This document shows, piece by piece, positions 1-8,446 of a stretch of 64,000 nt of DNA. The position numbers and the translations under genes were made by a program. The first letter of the stretch is position 1. Each line of letters starts with the position of its first letter. This DNA is from a virus, in IMG/VR virus record IMGVR_UViG_3300018080_000116, positions 1 through 64,000 of that record. One strand, written 5' to 3'. Under the pieces are notes generated by a model. It saw nothing but the letters and a program-made list of their open reading frames with translations. It did not search any database and had not been told where the DNA came from.

Positions 1-1
1 A

Positions 2-487
2 ACGGAAGAAGCCGAACAACTCGCTGACGAGATCGATGAGAACGACAAGCAGTTGGCCGATTACGAAGCGCAGCTTCACGAAATGGTGCGTGAACTGAAG
101 CAGATCGACCAAGAGAAAAGTTCGACTATCGCCGACGTGACCATCGCCAAGCAACAGGCCGAAGCGAATGACCTGATCGCCGGTATCAGTCGCAGCAGCA
201 GCACCGAGGAACGTCAACGTCTGCAAGACATGCGACAGCGACTCAAGGCCGAAGCCAAGATCTCGGCCAAACTCGCCGGTGCCGATGCCGACCGTGCCGA
301 AAAAGAATTCTTGGAGTACGCCGAGACGGAGGTGGCCACCGATGAATTCGCCAAGCTCATGGGTCTCGCCGCCGAAGCCGAGACGCCGAAGCTGGAAGAT
401 CAGCGAGCCGGTCAAGTAAGTTACGAGATCGGTGGAGCCGCCACACCGGAGAAAGAGGAGGTTCGTTCTCGTCTTCCCGAAGGCTAA
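2..487 (+). CDS. PspA/IM30(Vipp1)-like coiled-coil protein, C-terminal part (5' truncated by window)
   Basis: The frame is open from base 2 (TEEAEQLADEIDENDKQLADYEAQL...), so the track start at 53 is not the real start. Long heptad coiled coil ending in AEKEFLEYA...DEFAKLMGL, resembling PspA-family C-termini. Confidence 0.5.
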   Translation, partial: TEEAEQLADEIDENDKQLADYEAQLHEMVRELKQIDQEKSSTIADVTIAKQQAEANDLIAGISRSSSTEERQRLQDMRQRLKAEAKISAKLAGADADRAEKEFLEYAETEVATDEFAKLMGLAAEAETPKLEDQRAGQVSYEIGGAATPEKEEVRSRLPEG

Positions 488-493
488 ACCTCA

Positions 494-519
494 GGATACA
501 TCCTGAGCGTGATACATCC
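494..519. repeat. Two GGAT-NN-ATCC-type palindromic boxes
   Basis: GGATACATCC at 494-503 (within CTCAGGATACATCCTGAG) and TGATACATCC at 510-519; same box type as 8339-8446. Confidence 0.6.
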
Positions 520-528
520 TGGTCCACA

Positions 529-558
529 ACAGCCCGCCCGGCACGCCGGGCGGGCTGT
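529..558. other. GC-rich hairpin (CCCGGC family), no U-tract
   Basis: ACAGCCCGCCCGGC-AC-GCCGGGCGGGCTGT, a perfect 14-bp inverted repeat 20 nt upstream of the pilM ATG. Confidence 0.7.
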
Positions 559-578
559 ATTTCACACCGGAGATTTCA

Positions 579-1787
579 ATGGCAAAGCTACAAACTGCGT
601 GGGGCATCGACATCGGCAACAATTCCCTGAAGGCACTTCGATTAAGGGCCTCTCAGGATGGTGCGGCTGTGGTGCCGGAAGCAATCCATTGCCATGAATA
701 TCCCAGGCCGCTCGATCATCCCGACGCTCACATGCCCACATTGATCGAAGAAGCCGTTGACCAGTTTATCACCAACAGGAACATTGCGGTCGGCGAACCC
801 ATCGCCGTTAATGTGAGTGGTCGCTGTTCTATGGCTCGTTTCATGCGACCACCACCGGTGATGGAAGATAAACTGCCCGACATCGTAAAGTACGAAGCCC
901 GGCAGATGATTCCCTTCGACTTGGAAGATGTCTATTGGGATTGGGTTCGCACATGGGGCTTCTCGGAACAAGGCATGGCCATTGATGGCGAATTCATGCT
1001 TCAAGCTGTGAAGCGTCCTATCGTGGATGAACTGGTCCAGCCATTCAAGGATCGCAAAGTTCGTGTGCGCATCATGCAATCTGATCCAATCGCTCTCATG
1101 AACGCCCTCTACTTCGACCGGTTGCAAGATGATCTCGCCAACTACGATCCCGATGACGATGTTGAAGATGAGCCCTACTACGCTGTGTTGAGCATCGGCG
1201 GTGCCAGCACGGAATTGCTGTTGACGAATGGGTTCAAGATCTGGCATCGGAACATCCCGCTCGGTGGCAGCCATTTCACTCGCCAGATCGGCCAGGAATT
1301 GAAGCTGACGTTCGCCAAGGCCGAGTACCTGAAGATCAATGCCAGGACGGCCAGCGACCCGATGCCCATTTTCAAGGCCGTGAAATCAGTTTTCGAGGAT
1401 CTGGCTGTAGAAACCAAGAGGAGTCTCAGCTATTTTGCATCAATTGAGAAAAAAGCACAGATTAAAATGGTGCTGTTGACTGGCGGTGGCACTCTCCTGC
1501 CCGGCCTGAGTAACTTTCTTCAGACGCAATTAACGGACGTTGAAAGTGTGGAGCCTTGGGCGAGCTACTCGAAGATGCAAGATACCAACAAAATCATGAC
1601 CGAAGAGCACGGTTGGTCAGGCCCCCTCTTCCGAGTGGCCTATGGCCTGGGGTTGCAAGCCCTTGGGATTTCAAGGTTTAAGACAAATATGGTTGGGAAA
1701 AAGGCGTCGGCAGTATTTTCATTCAGCAGCCTATTTTCCTCCTTGAAGAGGTGGATTCCCAGAGTTAGAATTGATTGGGAACGTTGA
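579..1787 (+). CDS. pilM: Type IV pilus assembly protein PilM (actin/FtsA-like fold)
   Basis: N-terminal WGIDIGNNSLKAL, IVKYEARQMIPFDLEDVYWDW, SIGGASTELL, RNIPLGGSHFT and LLTGGGTLLPGL: the full PilM motif set. Confidence 0.85.
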   Translation: MAKLQTAWGIDIGNNSLKALRLRASQDGAAVVPEAIHCHEYPRPLDHPDAHMPTLIEEAVDQFITNRNIAVGEPIAVNVSGRCSMARFMRPPPVMEDKLPDIVKYEARQMIPFDLEDVYWDWVRTWGFSEQGMAIDGEFMLQAVKRPIVDELVQPFKDRKVRVRIMQSDPIALMNALYFDRLQDDLANYDPDDDVEDEPYYAVLSIGGASTELLLTNGFKIWHRNIPLGGSHFTRQIGQELKLTFAKAEYLKINARTASDPMPIFKAVKSVFEDLAVETKRSLSYFASIEKKAQIKMVLLTGGGTLLPGLSNFLQTQLTDVESVEPWASYSKMQDTNKIMTEEHGWSGPLFRVAYGLGLQALGISRFKTNMVGKKASAVFSFSSLFSSLKRWIPRVRIDWER

Positions 1788-1807
1788 AGCGTTCGTCCCT
1801 CTGCCTT

Positions 1808-1844
1808 AACCCGCTTCGGGGTTTATCCCCCGTGGCGGGTTTTC
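1808..1844. terminator. Possible bidirectional terminator between convergent genes
   Basis: AACCCGC...GCGGGTT stem with an inner CGGGG/CCCCG stem, followed by TTTT; lies between the pilM stop and the radical-SAM stop. Confidence 0.45.
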
Positions 1845-2794
1845 TATTGAACATTCCCCAGGTTTGTGTCTTTTTGGAAGATTGGGTCGGTTAATAATGC
1901 CACGAGTTGTTCGTGTTCGGGGTGATCTTTATCCACAACGTCCAGTGAACGATATTGCTCTGGCGTGAATGTTCCCCAGTTCATCAGCCGGTCGAACTGC
2001 GCTCGTGCTCCATATCGATGGCTCATCTCCACAAACTGTTTCATCTCTCGCCAGTTGTTTTGTTGTACGACCATGACGAAACACAGGTATTCTATTTTCT
2101 TTTGTGCCAACAAGTCGTATGCGAATTGAAGGTTCTCGTGCAACAGTTCCCAATCACCCCCACGATTTTTAGCGTAAGTCTCAGGCGTGGCGGCATCGAT
2201 GGAGATCTGAATCTCTGTAACCTTGTTCTTGACCTTGTGCCAATGCTTCTTGAGCAGCAAGCCATTGGTTGCCAATTTTATTTTCACATCTTTGGTGCTC
2301 AAAAATTCTATCACATCCATATAGGCAATGAATGGTTCGCCAGATCCGCAGACACTCACTACTTCCAGTTTGTCGGCGATCTGTGTTAAGATCTCTTTTT
2401 CACGAACGCATTCTCTTCTTTTATCTTTGGTGATCCTTTCAACCCTACATGCTGGACAATGAAGGTTACATGCACGGTTGGTGTCGAGATGCATGTGTTG
2501 AGGGCCCGACATTGTTAGGTAGAACGGGTCCACGATTTCATCTTTCCTGAGCATCCATGTTGTCTTGGGGAGTTGGCATAGCCGTGGGCAAGTGTCTTTG
2601 CAGAACTTGTAGGAACCATTTAGAATGGATTGACGGATTTCGTGCGCTACGGGCCCGTTCCAGATTTCCTCAATGTCGTCATCAATGGTGCCAATAGGTT
2701 TGGAGAGCCATTGGCAGTTAAACACCTTGTCTCCGATTATCACAATGTAAATGAAAGGGCTGGGGCAAAGAAATTGTGATTTGTCTACAGACAT
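1844..2794 (-). CDS. Radical SAM protein with N-terminal SPASM/twitch-like domain
   Basis: CxxxCxxC motif (RACNLHCPAC), GSGEPF, LATNGLLL, ISIDAATPETYAKNRGG; N-terminal CPSPF...WNG...CKDTCP. Confidence 0.8.
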   Translation of the reverse strand: MSVDKSQFLCPSPFIYIVIIGDKVFNCQWLSKPIGTIDDDIEEIWNGPVAHEIRQSILNGSYKFCKDTCPRLCQLPKTTWMLRKDEIVDPFYLTMSGPQHMHLDTNRACNLHCPACRVERITKDKRRECVREKEILTQIADKLEVVSVCGSGEPFIAYMDVIEFLSTKDVKIKLATNGLLLKKHWHKVKNKVTEIQISIDAATPETYAKNRGGDWELLHENLQFAYDLLAQKKIEYLCFVMVVQQNNWREMKQFVEMSHRYGARAQFDRLMNWGTFTPEQYRSLDVVDKDHPEHEQLVALLTDPIFQKDTNLGNVQ

Positions 2795-3399
2795 AGTACA
2801 TCCGCATGGGTGAGGAACAGAGCGTCGGCCATGCTTAACTCCAACAGCAATTCATACATGTATTCCCAGTTGGCCTTTTTATCATAGGGTTTTATACCGG
2901 CCATTTCATAGCTGTGTCCCCATATGGAAAATAATTGCGCTGTTCGGCTGCGATTGAATTCCCTTAGGGCCTTTAAGGCGTGGCTGTAATGACACGTCGG
3001 TTGCCAAGCGAACCTGTCTTTGGGCATATCAAAGTTCGTTGTGTTCCAAGCAACAGTACGTGCATAACGCATTCCAGACTCTTGCGCCATGTCAGCAGCC
3101 TCTTCGCTGTACTCTCCGAACGGATAGGCAAACCCCACAACGTCCTGGCCGCTCATTTGTTCCAGGCTGAATTTGTCATCACGCACTTCTTGCAGAGTTA
3201 GATCTGAGATGTGCGGGTGGTTAATTGAGTGCGATCCTATCTCATGGGCGGCATATGGCGTATAGGACGACATGTATTCATTGCCTCGTCTTCCTGAGTT
3301 TAAAAAGAACGTGGCGGGCATTCGATATGTTTTTAGCATGTCGATTAGTTGTGCGTCATGGATTGTGCCGTCGTCAAAACTCAGTGTAATTATCTTCAT
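2785..3399 (-). CDS. Polysaccharide deacetylase (CE4/NodB family)
   Basis: LSFDDG, ATFFL, HEIGSHSINHP, FAYPFG motifs. Confidence 0.85.
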   Translation of the reverse strand: MKIITLSFDDGTIHDAQLIDMLKTYRMPATFFLNSGRRGNEYMSSYTPYAAHEIGSHSINHPHISDLTLQEVRDDKFSLEQMSGQDVVGFAYPFGEYSEEAADMAQESGMRYARTVAWNTTNFDMPKDRFAWQPTCHYSHALKALREFNRSRTAQLFSIWGHSYEMAGIKPYDKKANWEYMYELLLELSMADALFLTHADVLCL

Positions 3400-4217
3400 A
3401 GGAAATGTTTGCCTCCTTCCTGGAAAGCCTGTTTGTCTATAGGTGGGAGAAAGTGGGTTCTTACCGAATCGAAGTCGATGTCATTTCCGTGAGGCATAGT
3501 GTTCACTAGGTTGTGATCGTGACACACTTTAATCCAAAATGGGCCCTCATCAATCTTGACAACTTTCCCCAGTCGTTCTATTAGATGGTGCTGTTCGCTA
3601 AGCACAGTGGTGGTTTGGTCGGGGTCAACTGGAGTGTGCAAGAAGGAAACGAAACTGTTGGTGAAATCTCGGTCGTGGATTACTCGAACGACATTGGCTT
3701 TGGGGTCTAGGCCCAGTCCCTTGTTGAAGTTTATAACGCACGGCCCCTTCCAACCCTTCCATTTCTCCTGCACGGTTTCGACGAAGTTTTTTCGGATCAT
3801 GTCGTCACTGTCCAGTCGTGTGGTGATAACGCTTGTGCCGGGGTTTTTACCAACATATTGACGCACATAAGCCAGGAAGGGGCACGGGGCGAAATTCTTA
3901 AATCTGAACAACTCTGGGTTGTCAGGAACGTGAAGCCACACCCATGCGGGCGCATCAATGAGTTCGTGCGGCACTGTTACCAGTGATTCTATTTCGTCAA
4001 TGTGTTTTTGGGGCGTATTGGGATCGACGGCTAAGAGCCAGACAAAATTCTTGGAGGTTTGGTTTTGGATGGAGGGTATTGTGTATTTCTTGAAAAACTC
4101 CATTCGAGCTTCCATCCATGTTTCAGGGTCGTTGTACGGCTCCGATAATTGGTAAAGTCGATGTGCCTCACCGTAAATTCCTTGATTGATCCTAGTTAAT
4201 ATGAAGTGTTTTTTCAT
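3396..4217 (-). CDS. Putative glycosyltransferase (rhamnosyl-transferase-like)
   Basis: HFILTRIN..., YTIPSIQNQTSKNFVWLL, TTRLDSDDMI (DxD-type motif). Confidence 0.6.
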   Translation of the reverse strand: MKKHFILTRINQGIYGEAHRLYQLSEPYNDPETWMEARMEFFKKYTIPSIQNQTSKNFVWLLAVDPNTPQKHIDEIESLVTVPHELIDAPAWVWLHVPDNPELFRFKNFAPCPFLAYVRQYVGKNPGTSVITTRLDSDDMIRKNFVETVQEKWKGWKGPCVINFNKGLGLDPKANVVRVIHDRDFTNSFVSFLHTPVDPDQTTTVLSEQHHLIERLGKVVKIDEGPFWIKVCHDHNLVNTMPHGNDIDFDSVRTHFLPPIDKQAFQEGGKHFL

Positions 4218-5182
4218 GATCCTATTCCGTGCTTCTTAGAAAGCCAGTTGAGAGTTTCATGGTTATTTAAGTGCCTGTCACGCCAAAAATAATACCTTAG
4301 ATCAGGTTCGCCCTGAATCATCCCTATTTCACGCATGTAAATTCGACTGGGGCACACATCAGTGGTGCATGTTTGTGGTGTCTTCTGCCATTGAACGTCA
4401 CCAATGGTTCCCAGGGACTCTCCATACCAGCAGCGTACCACATGGGGTGTGCGGTGGCGGTAAATCCAGCCCATGCGGCACCCTGAATCACACACACGGC
4501 CCTTAAAGGTGGTGGATGGGTCGAACAGGAATGGCCTATCCATCCCATCCAGGATGATTTCTCGCTCCTTGTCGGTGAAAGCAGCGGGGTAACTCTTTCC
4601 CTCATATGGCCCACGATAAGGAAGGATGAGCATTCTGAAGCCCGCCCTGCGAAACTCTTCTTGGCTCTTCTGCAACTGGCCCGATCTGATTCTGCGGGGG
4701 TGCGCAATGTATTTGATCGAAGTGTTGTATCCGTGGTCTCTCGTCCATTGTGCCTTGTGGAAGAACTGTTTCTTTAAGGGTGCCGTCTCTTCTGAGGGGC
4801 TGTGGTAGCTCGCACTGATGAGGACTACGTTTTCTGGTGGGATGTGTTCTAGGTATTTGGCCCAGTCGTGTATGGCGAAGTTGGTGGAGATCCCCAACCA
4901 ATGACCGTGTTCAACAAGCATGTTGGAGATTTCAAGGGTGTCTGGATATAGCATTGGCTCCCCGCCCCCACTCAGGTTTACGAATACACAGTTGGATAAA
5001 CTGTCTACGCTCTTTACGATCTCCTGTGGAGGGGCAATCTTTGTGTTGGGTAGTGGCGGCGGGGCGCTTTTGTTGAAACAATAGAAGCATTTGTAGTTGC
5101 ATATTTCGGTTGGAGAAAGGGTGAATACGTTCGCCATGGCCGTATCGAATCGTTCTTGTAATTTATCGACTAATTTAAGCAT
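4214..5182 (-). CDS. Radical SAM protein
   Basis: TEICNYKCFYC, NLSGGGEPMLYP, ISTNF and a C-terminal Cys cluster. Start placed at ATG 5182; the track's longer start overlaps the divergent gene. Confidence 0.78.
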   Translation of the reverse strand: MLKLVDKLQERFDTAMANVFTLSPTEICNYKCFYCFNKSAPPPLPNTKIAPPQEIVKSVDSLSNCVFVNLSGGGEPMLYPDTLEISNMLVEHGHWLGISTNFAIHDWAKYLEHIPPENVVLISASYHSPSEETAPLKKQFFHKAQWTRDHGYNTSIKYIAHPRRIRSGQLQKSQEEFRRAGFRMLILPYRGPYEGKSYPAAFTDKEREIILDGMDRPFLFDPSTTFKGRVCDSGCRMGWIYRHRTPHVVRCWYGESLGTIGDVQWQKTPQTCTTDVCPSRIYMREIGMIQGEPDLRYYFWRDRHLNNHETLNWLSKKHGIGS

Positions 5183-5884
5183 ATGCTTCATCCTAAACGT
5201 ATCACTGCTAACATGGCCACATTCCCCCAGAGAAGAAAATATCTGGAGGACGTAGTAAACACTTTGTTGCCTCAGGTGCAAATTCTAAGAATCTACCTTA
5301 ACGGTTATCAAGAAGTGCCCGAGTTTCTTCAACACCCTAAGGTAGAAACGTTTATCGGCGATGATATTGGAGATGCGGGCAAGTTTTTCTGGTTGGGTTG
5401 TGGGCATGAAGTGTACTTCTCTGTGGATGATGATTTTTATTATCCACCCACATATGTTCGAGACCACTTGCAAACACTCCAATTTTATCGCAATAGGGTC
5501 ATTGTGACGCTTCATGGCTGCCTGCTCAAGTTCCCCGTAGAACGATACTATCGTGATCGTGCGGAAATCTATGGGTGGTACGAGTCTGCGCCATCTAAGT
5601 TTGTTCATGTTGGCGGCACAGGGGTGATGGCTTTTGATACAGAAGCTTTCCCCCTTCAATTCATAGATGTGCCCTCAAAAAACATGGCGGATATTTGGGT
5701 GGCGTTGAAAGCACAAAAACTGCAAATGCCGATTCTGGTAAGAGAGCACCAAGCGGACTATTTGACCTTGATTGATGAACCTGCGGGCGAGAGTATTTGG
5801 AACCGGCAGCAAGATGACCCTCGTCCAGCCTATGTAATCAATAGCGTCCCAGAATGGAAGTTGCATGTTGAAGAACACGCCTGA
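5183..5884 (+). CDS. GT-A fold glycosyltransferase
   Basis: ITANMATFPQR, YFSVDDDFYYPPTY (DDD motif), GGTGVMAF, MADIW. Confidence 0.65.
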   Translation: MLHPKRITANMATFPQRRKYLEDVVNTLLPQVQILRIYLNGYQEVPEFLQHPKVETFIGDDIGDAGKFFWLGCGHEVYFSVDDDFYYPPTYVRDHLQTLQFYRNRVIVTLHGCLLKFPVERYYRDRAEIYGWYESAPSKFVHVGGTGVMAFDTEAFPLQFIDVPSKNMADIWVALKAQKLQMPILVREHQADYLTLIDEPAGESIWNRQQDDPRPAYVINSVPEWKLHVEEHA

Positions 5885-6515
5885 GCTAATTAAGGTTTAT
5901 TCGCACCCCAGATCGGGTACACATATGATGATGAATCTTCTGGGTCGCAACTTCTACCCCACCAGGGATCTTTCATGGCTAGAAACGGAGTGGGGACATT
6001 GGTCTGACAGGCACAAGGATAAAATCCGCAACCCCTATGCACGTCTATTTGGTAGCCATGATTTTGTAGATGAGGTTCAATATGCCGGGCCCAAGGTTTA
6101 CGTTTATCGAGATGGTCGTGCCGTTGCTTTGTCTGTTTGGAAGTTCCTGGGCTCCGAGCAGCCCTTTCCTAAGTTCTTGAGGACGAAATTGGATTGGAGT
6201 GGCACGCCGGGTCGGCGTGCCACTCCCACCAAGACGATAGCCGAACATTGGTACGATCATGTTTCGGGTTGGCTTAATAAGATGCCGCCACGAACCGTAT
6301 TTGTGCGATATGAAGATTTGCTTGCCGATCCAGCTACGCAACTACAAAGGGTGTCTTATGAGTTCAATTTACACATTTCCAAGCACGTTGATGTAGATGA
6401 GCGAGTTGGCATTCTTCCTGGGGACGACCCATTCGTTTGGAAAAAACAATTTACTACTGCCGACTTAGACTACTTTCACACAGTTGTTCCCGAAGACAGC
6501 TACTATCTTTTATGA
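5865..6515 (+). CDS. PAPS-dependent sulfotransferase
   Basis: 5'-PSB loop SHPRSGTH, 3'-PB motif YVYRDGRAVALS, VRYEDLL. Confidence 0.8.
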   Translation: MLKNTPELIKVYSHPRSGTHMMMNLLGRNFYPTRDLSWLETEWGHWSDRHKDKIRNPYARLFGSHDFVDEVQYAGPKVYVYRDGRAVALSVWKFLGSEQPFPKFLRTKLDWSGTPGRRATPTKTIAEHWYDHVSGWLNKMPPRTVFVRYEDLLADPATQLQRVSYEFNLHISKHVDVDERVGILPGDDPFVWKKQFTTADLDYFHTVVPEDSYYLL

Positions 6516-6545
6516 TGGGGAGGATATATACCTTCAGGACTTATT

Positions 6546-7136
6546 ATGGAGGTGACGAACATGGCAGACGACTGGTTGAAAGAACTAGAACAACAGCTAG
6601 AGACCGAGTGCGGCACTTTACCGCCGAAGAAGAAAAGGCCCACTCCGGTTAGGCCAAACCTCGTCTTGAACCCACCTCAGAAGCAATCGAGCGGCCCTTG
6701 GCCCGCAGTATTTTTTGTGTTTTTGTTGGGCCTTGTTATTGTGGTTGGTGGCCTTTGGTTGTGGCAAGGTAACGACCTATTTGCCCTCAAGAAACAACCC
6801 GACAAGCAAGAACAGTTCCAACAGCCCGAGAGAGAACCATGGGAAGAGCCGTGGCGCATGATGTCAGCAGATGTTCAAGCTACCAGTGAAGAGGTAGAAG
6901 CACTTAAAGAGGAACATGACAGAACCAGAGAAAGAATGGATTGGATTGGTTCTCGTTTGGCATTGCTCGGAGCCCTTCATAGCAATAACTTCATTGAGGC
7001 GAAAAAGAAGGGACTGACCAACGCCGAGTTTCTTCTGCCTGATAGGCATTGGCAAATTGATCGTTTGCCCGATAATCTGAAGATGACGGATGAAGACAGA
7101 GAACGATTGGGTCGCTTTGTGAAAACAGAAGAGTAG
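6546..7136 (+). CDS. Hypothetical single-pass membrane protein with coiled coil
   Basis: One hydrophobic segment (AVFFVFLLGLVIVVGGLWLW) followed by a coiled coil; the start may instead be ATG 6561 (GGAGG upstream). Confidence 0.6.
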   Translation: MEVTNMADDWLKELEQQLETECGTLPPKKKRPTPVRPNLVLNPPQKQSSGPWPAVFFVFLLGLVIVVGGLWLWQGNDLFALKKQPDKQEQFQQPEREPWEEPWRMMSADVQATSEEVEALKEEHDRTRERMDWIGSRLALLGALHSNNFIEAKKKGLTNAEFLLPDRHWQIDRLPDNLKMTDEDRERLGRFVKTEE

Positions 7137-7811
7137 TTAAGGGGCATTGCCCAATGCTATTAAATCCATAATCGGTTTGGATAAGGCGAAAGCAGTAGCC
7201 CTAGCGGTAGATTTCTTGTGTCGCAAAGCACGGACGATCTCAAGTTGCATGCTTTGTACGCTTGGATCGGTGTATGCTGTCCATCTGCGGAAAAGCTGAT
7301 TGAGGTTATTTTTTCCACGGCCAGCATATTTGCTGTCTACTCCTTCATATACCTGCAATCCCGTTTGGAGCATGAAAGCCACCAAAGCATCTCGACGCCA
7401 CTCTTCACAACTGAAGGAGGAAAATTCAGATCCTTTTCCCGCACCGATAATTACGTCAAGATCTGGTATGCTTTGTCGAATGTGATTTCCGACTCCATGG
7501 ATGATGAAGACATAGGAATACAGGGCGCTGCGTCTTATTTGCAGGGTGTATCTTAAAAGTGGATCGAGAAATTCGTCCTTCACTACATCTTCCAAAAGGT
7601 GGGGGACGCTGTTGCAGTTTGCCAGATCGTTGAGCCAATCAACGTATGTTGCTTTTCTCCACCCCCGGTTAATCACGGCATAGCCGTCGATGTAGGTCGC
7701 AAGGGCTTCTGCCACCACAGCCGTATTGGTGTCGTCATGTCCATGAGGGGCGGCAATGATTACGGGAGTTGTGCCTTCAATCGTGCTTACTCGTTCCACC
7801 CAGTTCTCCAA
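7137..7811 (-). CDS. N-formylglutamate amidohydrolase-like Zn hydrolase
   Basis: PVIIAAPHG near the N-terminus, FIIHG, SMQLEI. The true start may be GTG 7799, which has GGAG upstream. Confidence 0.5.
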   Translation of the reverse strand: MENWVERVSTIEGTTPVIIAAPHGHDDTNTAVVAEALATYIDGYAVINRGWRKATYVDWLNDLANCNSVPHLLEDVVKDEFLDPLLRYTLQIRRSALYSYVFIIHGVGNHIRQSIPDLDVIIGAGKGSEFSSFSCEEWRRDALVAFMLQTGLQVYEGVDSKYAGRGKNNLNQLFRRWTAYTDPSVQSMQLEIVRALRHKKSTARATAFALSKPIMDLIALGNAP

Positions 7812-8328
7812 TCAAGTCTTCTTTTGATAAACCGAGTTCGTCTAACATTGCGTTAGTTATGTCGGCTACGCCTCGTAATTGTTGCTCTTTCGATTTCTTT
7901 CTGAGTCTATACAACAAAATGTTTGATCTTCCCAAGTTGGCTTGATCGCTAATGATGCGTAGGTTGCTTATTGCATAATGCCCTTTGGGATCTACTCGAT
8001 CTACTGATGGTGTGATTCCAGGGTTTTCTTTCAGGAATTTAGTCACACGTGGCAGTGCCCATTCTTTGAATTCTTTTGGAGAAACTTGTATTTCAACATT
8101 GTCATACCAGAAGCTATGTCCAACCCTATGTCGCATGCGGGCCCACATTCGATTTACAATGCCCTTGGGTGTTTTATTGTATCTTTGATTTGCCTCTTTT
8201 TGCGATTGGCTCCTATTGCGCTTCTTCCTACAAGTTTTACAAGTGCCATCCAACCCATCTGGTTGACATCTGTCTTTGTAAAATTCTGATTTTGGTTTGT
8301 CGGTTTTGCATTTGCTGCATGTTTTCAT
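7777..8328 (-). CDS. HNH-like homing endonuclease
   Basis: N-terminal KTCSKCKTDKPKSEFYKD...CKTC zinc ribbon and C-terminal PSVDRVDPKGHYAISNLRII, typical of phage His-Me endonucleases; GGAGG RBS. Confidence 0.68.
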   Translation of the reverse strand: MKTCSKCKTDKPKSEFYKDRCQPDGLDGTCKTCRKKRNRSQSQKEANQRYNKTPKGIVNRMWARMRHRVGHSFWYDNVEIQVSPKEFKEWALPRVTKFLKENPGITPSVDRVDPKGHYAISNLRIISDQANLGRSNILLYRLRKKSKEQQLRGVADITNAMLDELGLSKEDLIGELGGTSKHD

Positions 8329-8338
8329 TCGGCCTCCA

Positions 8339-8446
8339 GGATGTATCCTGCGGATATATCCTAAAGCAGTAAAATAGGGCCAAAAATTCGCTAGGATCGA
8401 TCCTACGGATGTATCCCAGCGTTATATATCCTAGCTCGATATATCC
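8339..8446. repeat. Cluster of six GGAT-NN-ATCC-type boxes
   Basis: Exact boxes at 8339, 8352, 8394 and 8407; degenerate boxes at 8422 (TTATATATCC) and 8437 (CGATATATCC). Confidence 0.7.

Noticed and set aside
1-1787. Interpretation of the window as ordinary host chromosome because of pilM and the PspA-like gene
   Set aside because: No pilNOPQ or housekeeping operons follow, and 53 kb of co-oriented tiny hypothetical genes with repeated strong promoters is phage-like. A prophage or island origin cannot be fully excluded.
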